A DNA stretch of 51,182 nt, the filler included, from Jimgerdemannia flammicorona (taxonomy: Eukaryota), in assembly GCA_003990765.1 (NCBI GenBank). It is 2 parts of 2 records of this genome, joined end to end, with 100 filler letters (N's around TTAATTAATTAA, not from the genome) between each part and the next. Parts side by side here need not be neighbours in the genome. Positions count along the whole stretch, not along the records: positions 25,646 to 51,182 come from RBNJ01000821.1; 1 more part is not named here. The stretch is one strand, 5' to 3'. Every line of letters starts with the position of its first letter. Within the stretch, counting starts at the first letter, position 1. Below the pieces are notes generated by a model. It made no database searches. It was not told the origin of the DNA and was given only the letters and a program-made list of their open reading frames with translations. Positions 47,490 through 51,182 of the stretch are shown piece by piece. The translations under genes and the position numbers were made by a program.

Positions 47490-49460
47490 ATCACATTCTC
47501 TACAAATTCACATTCAACTCCTCCTGTACCAAGTCTAAGTCATGTTTTGCTGCCAGTTCCTTCTCTTCAACTGCCTGTGCCTCTAACTCTATCAGAAGTT
47601 CAGCCATCACCCCATCCTCTTTTTCCTCAAAGTCCTCACGATATTCCAGACATATCTCCTGCCAGAGTTGCAACTCATGATGCTCTGCTCAACAGTAGGC
47701 AGCTTGCTCACCTGTAATGACTGCCAGCTCAGCCTCCCTTGCCTTATCAATCTCATATCCCTCCTCCTTCAGCAAAATCACAAGTATCTCTGCCTTCAGT
47801 GTCTCTATCATCCCATCTCTATACAGAATCCTCACCCAGTACTCCTCAGGCATCACATGTAGGTCCACTTCCCTCAACTCCTTAGCTATGAAGTTATCCA
47901 TCATCTTGCTCATCCACAGCAGGTTCTCTACCTTCCCTCCTGGAATCCCTGGCCTTCCTGCATCCAGTATCATAGTATCTGCCCCTACACTGGCAGTCTC
48001 ATCCCACCTCTCCTCAGAGACATCCACCAGCTCATCCTTACTAACTGCCACCATCTGTCCGCCTTTTGTCAAGTCAGGAACCCCAAAGTGTACCCACTGA
48101 GTGCCCTTCATCAACATATCCTCTGCCACCCTACCCCTTGTAGCTAGACCCCATTGGATCAGAGGGGAAGTATTGTCCAAGATCAGTTTCCAGACTTCCA
48201 ATGTGCCATCAGCAAATGGGTCAATGCATGGCATCTTCCCAGCCCCCTCCAGGCTCTCTGCCATATCTCCTCCTTCCTTATTAGTCCAGACACTCACCTC
48301 TATACCCTCAGACTTCTCAGTGCCCCCAGCCTTCATCTTTGCCTCTCCTTCCATACTTGCCAGCAGCTCCCTCTGTCTCTAGTGCCCTTGAGTCCTCTCC
48401 CACTACCTCCTGTTAGTGTGAATATACTTCCCTTCAATAATCTCCATATACATCAACTCCACATACAACTTCCAGGCCTTCGCCCTCCACTCAACAGCAC
48501 TACTCAACTCCTCTAGAGCCTCCAACAAGTCCTCCTCCTCCTCTTCACTCCCTTTTACCCTTGACACCTTACAGACAAAAGCTCCCCACATCAATACCAA
48601 AGACCAGTCACTCATCTTCCCCATTGCCTCCCTCCTAGCCAGTCTAATCCTGATATCCACATCACCCATCCTGAAGGTGGTCCCCTCCTATATCTAGAAA
48701 TCAATATCAACTATATTGCTATACTTCACCATCACCTCCTCCACCCTCCTCCTGGTCTCATTCTTCATCACCATAGGCACTCTTTTCATCAGTAACTGCA
48801 CTACCCTGGGGTCCCACCTTAAGCACCACACCATAGGAACCACCACCTCCCCTATGATTACACCAGACTTTAGAGCCTCATCCAATGGACCCACCTTCTC
48901 AAAGCCCACCTCCACCTCCTCCAACCCCTTCAGAAACTTCACTGAGGCCACTCTAGCCACCTGCTCTGATATAAGCCCCAGGATCATCCTCACCATTACT
49001 GCTAAGCTCTGGAAACACAAGGTTGCTGTGAACTCCAAAATTGACTTCTTGAGTAATAGTGCTATCACCAGCCCCATCACACTATCTGCTAGGCCCCTCT
49101 TCTGTTTCAGGCCAATCTGTCCAGCCCCACCATCAATAGTCACATCTGAATTTTTTTCCAGATTCCCAGTCATGCTACTATCAGCAGTCCCACCACTACT
49201 CCCAGCAGCTACTCTACTAGCCCTATCTCCCACTGGCTGAGGTCCAGCACCCCCAGCTTCCCCAACCTTCTGCTTCCCCTTCCCTCTCATCTGCCCACCC
49301 CAAGTTCCCGCCAGCCAGCCTCCAGCACACAGCATGTCTGCTAAGCTCCTCTCCTTCTGCTCTCCAGCCCTACCATCAGTGTCACTTCTACTGTCTGAGC
49401 TGTCCTGCCCACTTGGATCACTGAAAGACCCCATTCCAAACCTATATCCTCATCCAACAT
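47490..49460 (-). pseudogene. LINE ORF1 pseudogene
   Basis: Fragments 48694-49434, 48403-48669 and 47689-48354 lie upstream of ORF2 and are homologous to LINE-a ORF1. Confidence 0.75.
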
Positions 49461-51055
49461 GCTGCCAGTTGAAGGCCCCAGGTCCACCCAACCTAGTATG
49501 TACATCAGTACATTTGTTGCTATCTATGTTGCTAGTTGTCTTTTATCAAAAACATTGTTGAATGTGTTGCCTGAGTCTTATGTTACCTGAAATATTACTG
49601 GTGATAGTTTTGCCAACAAGATATCCTCTATCAATCCTTCTCATCTTGCTAACTACTCTCTCAAACTCAACTATCACTTTTTCTCAAAAATAAACAATTA
49701 ATGTCCAGCTAATCTTACCTATATAGCCAAAATCTACCTAACAGTAAGCTACTCATTTCTAACCTCACTCACCAATCTATTTCTCAAATTCTCCCATTGA
49801 CCCCTTTTATCATCTCTCCTCCTCACAATACCCAATCTATCTCCAACTACTAACCAAAAGTCACCAAGTGTCTCATACTCTCTTAGCCAATATTCTGATA
49901 TCTGTACAAACTTCTCTTTCTATCTTATATTATAATACTTCTTACAGTTAAATTGTCCACCTTCCACAAGGTGGCCTGAATAAAAGTTGAGCATAACATT
50001 TCTCCTCAGTAAGCACTATCAAACTACTCAGAACTTAGGTAGCAGTCAGTACTATATCTTAGTACTCTAGGACCAGACTCTCTCCCAGTTTCACTCTTTA
50101 TCAATATCTGTCATCTATCAGCCACTAGGCCATACATCCTGTTCTAACCCTCTCTGGTACTCTACTCTATTATCAATATTGAAATCAATCAGTAAAGTAC
50201 TCTCTAATAGTACTCAATCTCATCTCTATATTACTGGGCCCCATGGTATCTATCTCTTAGCTCTCTGTTAGCAAAGACCAATACAGTGTGCTCCATTAAC
50301 TACTCCTCACCAGAAGCCCCAATATCACAAATACTCACTGCCCTAAAGCCTAACTAAAGACACTAGATCCTCTATAGAGCCTTTTGATAAAAATCTTATC
50401 TTCTAAATCTTTTGTATCAGAGAAATCCAGCTTCCTCCCCTCAATTCCATAGCTCTCTTCAGCTACCATACTCTCAGACAATATAGCCTCTTTAGGAAGT
50501 CAATTAGCTTAAGATATCTTCTATCCACTGATATTGATAGAATGTCTCAACTAATCTGACTCTATCTCTTAGCTCAGATCCAGTTCTTAGTTAGCTTCAA
50601 TAGCCTCTTTACTATCTAAGTCAGAAAGTTCAAATATTATATCAAATACTATAGCTTGGAAGCCAGTAGATATTCAGGATAGAGACACAGCCTACCAAAG
50701 AGATATATTGGCCACTCCGGCTCTAAAGGACCCCTCTCCAAATAACTATCTACTACTCTTACCAAGTTCTAGGCAGGACTAATCTATAGATAGAAAGAAA
50801 AATGCCCAGGTACCTCACAGTATCTCTCTTAGGGACAATTGTTCCAATGATATCCCCACCCATCAGACCATTGCCTAATACTATTATTTTACACATATAC
50901 TAGTCGAGTTTTGCTTTAAAGTATACCTCATACTACTCTACTATTTTCTTAAGTACTTCCATATCTATAATTGATCTAAGGCCACTTATCATATTATTTG
51001 CAAAGACCCCAACCTTCTAGACAATTCTAAATATAGAGAACTCTACCACCTTATG

Positions 51056-51182
51056 TGTAAGCGCACAACCTCCAAGCCACCGAAATCACACGTCACCCTC
51101 TGGACAAGCCACTGAAATCACACGCGACCTCCGAACAAATCTAGAAATCACCTGTCTGATCATGAAGCTGAGTCAAACCGAA
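51056..51182. mobile_element. Start of a younger insertion (probable LTR, TGTAAG...) interrupting LINE-d RT
   Basis: LINE homology stops abruptly, the new sequence starts with TG and retains CpG, and it has ~33-bp tandem units AAGCCAC(C/T)GAAATCACACG. Confidence 0.5.

Larger units (their letters stand above)
43758..49612 (-). mobile_element. Full-length L1/Tx1-like LINE (LINE-b), decayed
   Basis: Poly(T) plus AGTCACTTGGAC tail, two ORFs, and a 17-bp TSD CCAATAAGATATCCTCT (43741-43757) / CCAACAAGATATCCTCT (49613-49629). Confidence 0.92.
43507..51055 (-). mobile_element. Older LINE (LINE-d): 3' tail 43507-43757 and ORF2 remnant 49630-51055, split by LINE-b
   Basis: Poly(T) plus ATAGTTATTTGGAC tail. 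50650-51055 is homologous to LINE-b RT (~45010-45445). The LINE-b TSD joins the two parts. Confidence 0.8.

Overview
This is eukaryotic, most likely fungal, transposon-dense DNA. An early-diverging lineage such as Mucoromycota is plausible, but that is inference only. Most of the window is nested, C>T/G>A-hypermutated, CpG-depleted mobile elements around one CpG-rich, ~12-exon host gene (7372-10511, minus strand; two KH-like domains plus a fungal DUF7905-like C-terminus). LTR retrotransposons: (i) a Tf2/chromovirus-like Ty3/Gypsy with dUTPase between gag and protease, and (ii) a second Ty3/Gypsy family with dUTPase between protease and RT. The second family is present as a full-length copy (31969-42242, 4-bp TSD), a gap-truncated copy (18213-25545) and an ancient relative. 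Its ~1.76-kb LTRs each contain a ~326-codon ORF, preceded by a short ORF that crosses the PPT, a nef/sag-like layout. Other elements: four L1/Tx1-like LINEs with shared termini, a decayed hAT (8-bp TSD), a solo LTR, and a TAGTGCTC-terminus DNA transposon family (BED-like N-terminus, foldback MITE, apparent 4-bp TSD). An artificial N gap with a TTAATTAATTAA linker lies at 25546-25645, so adjacency across it is not established.
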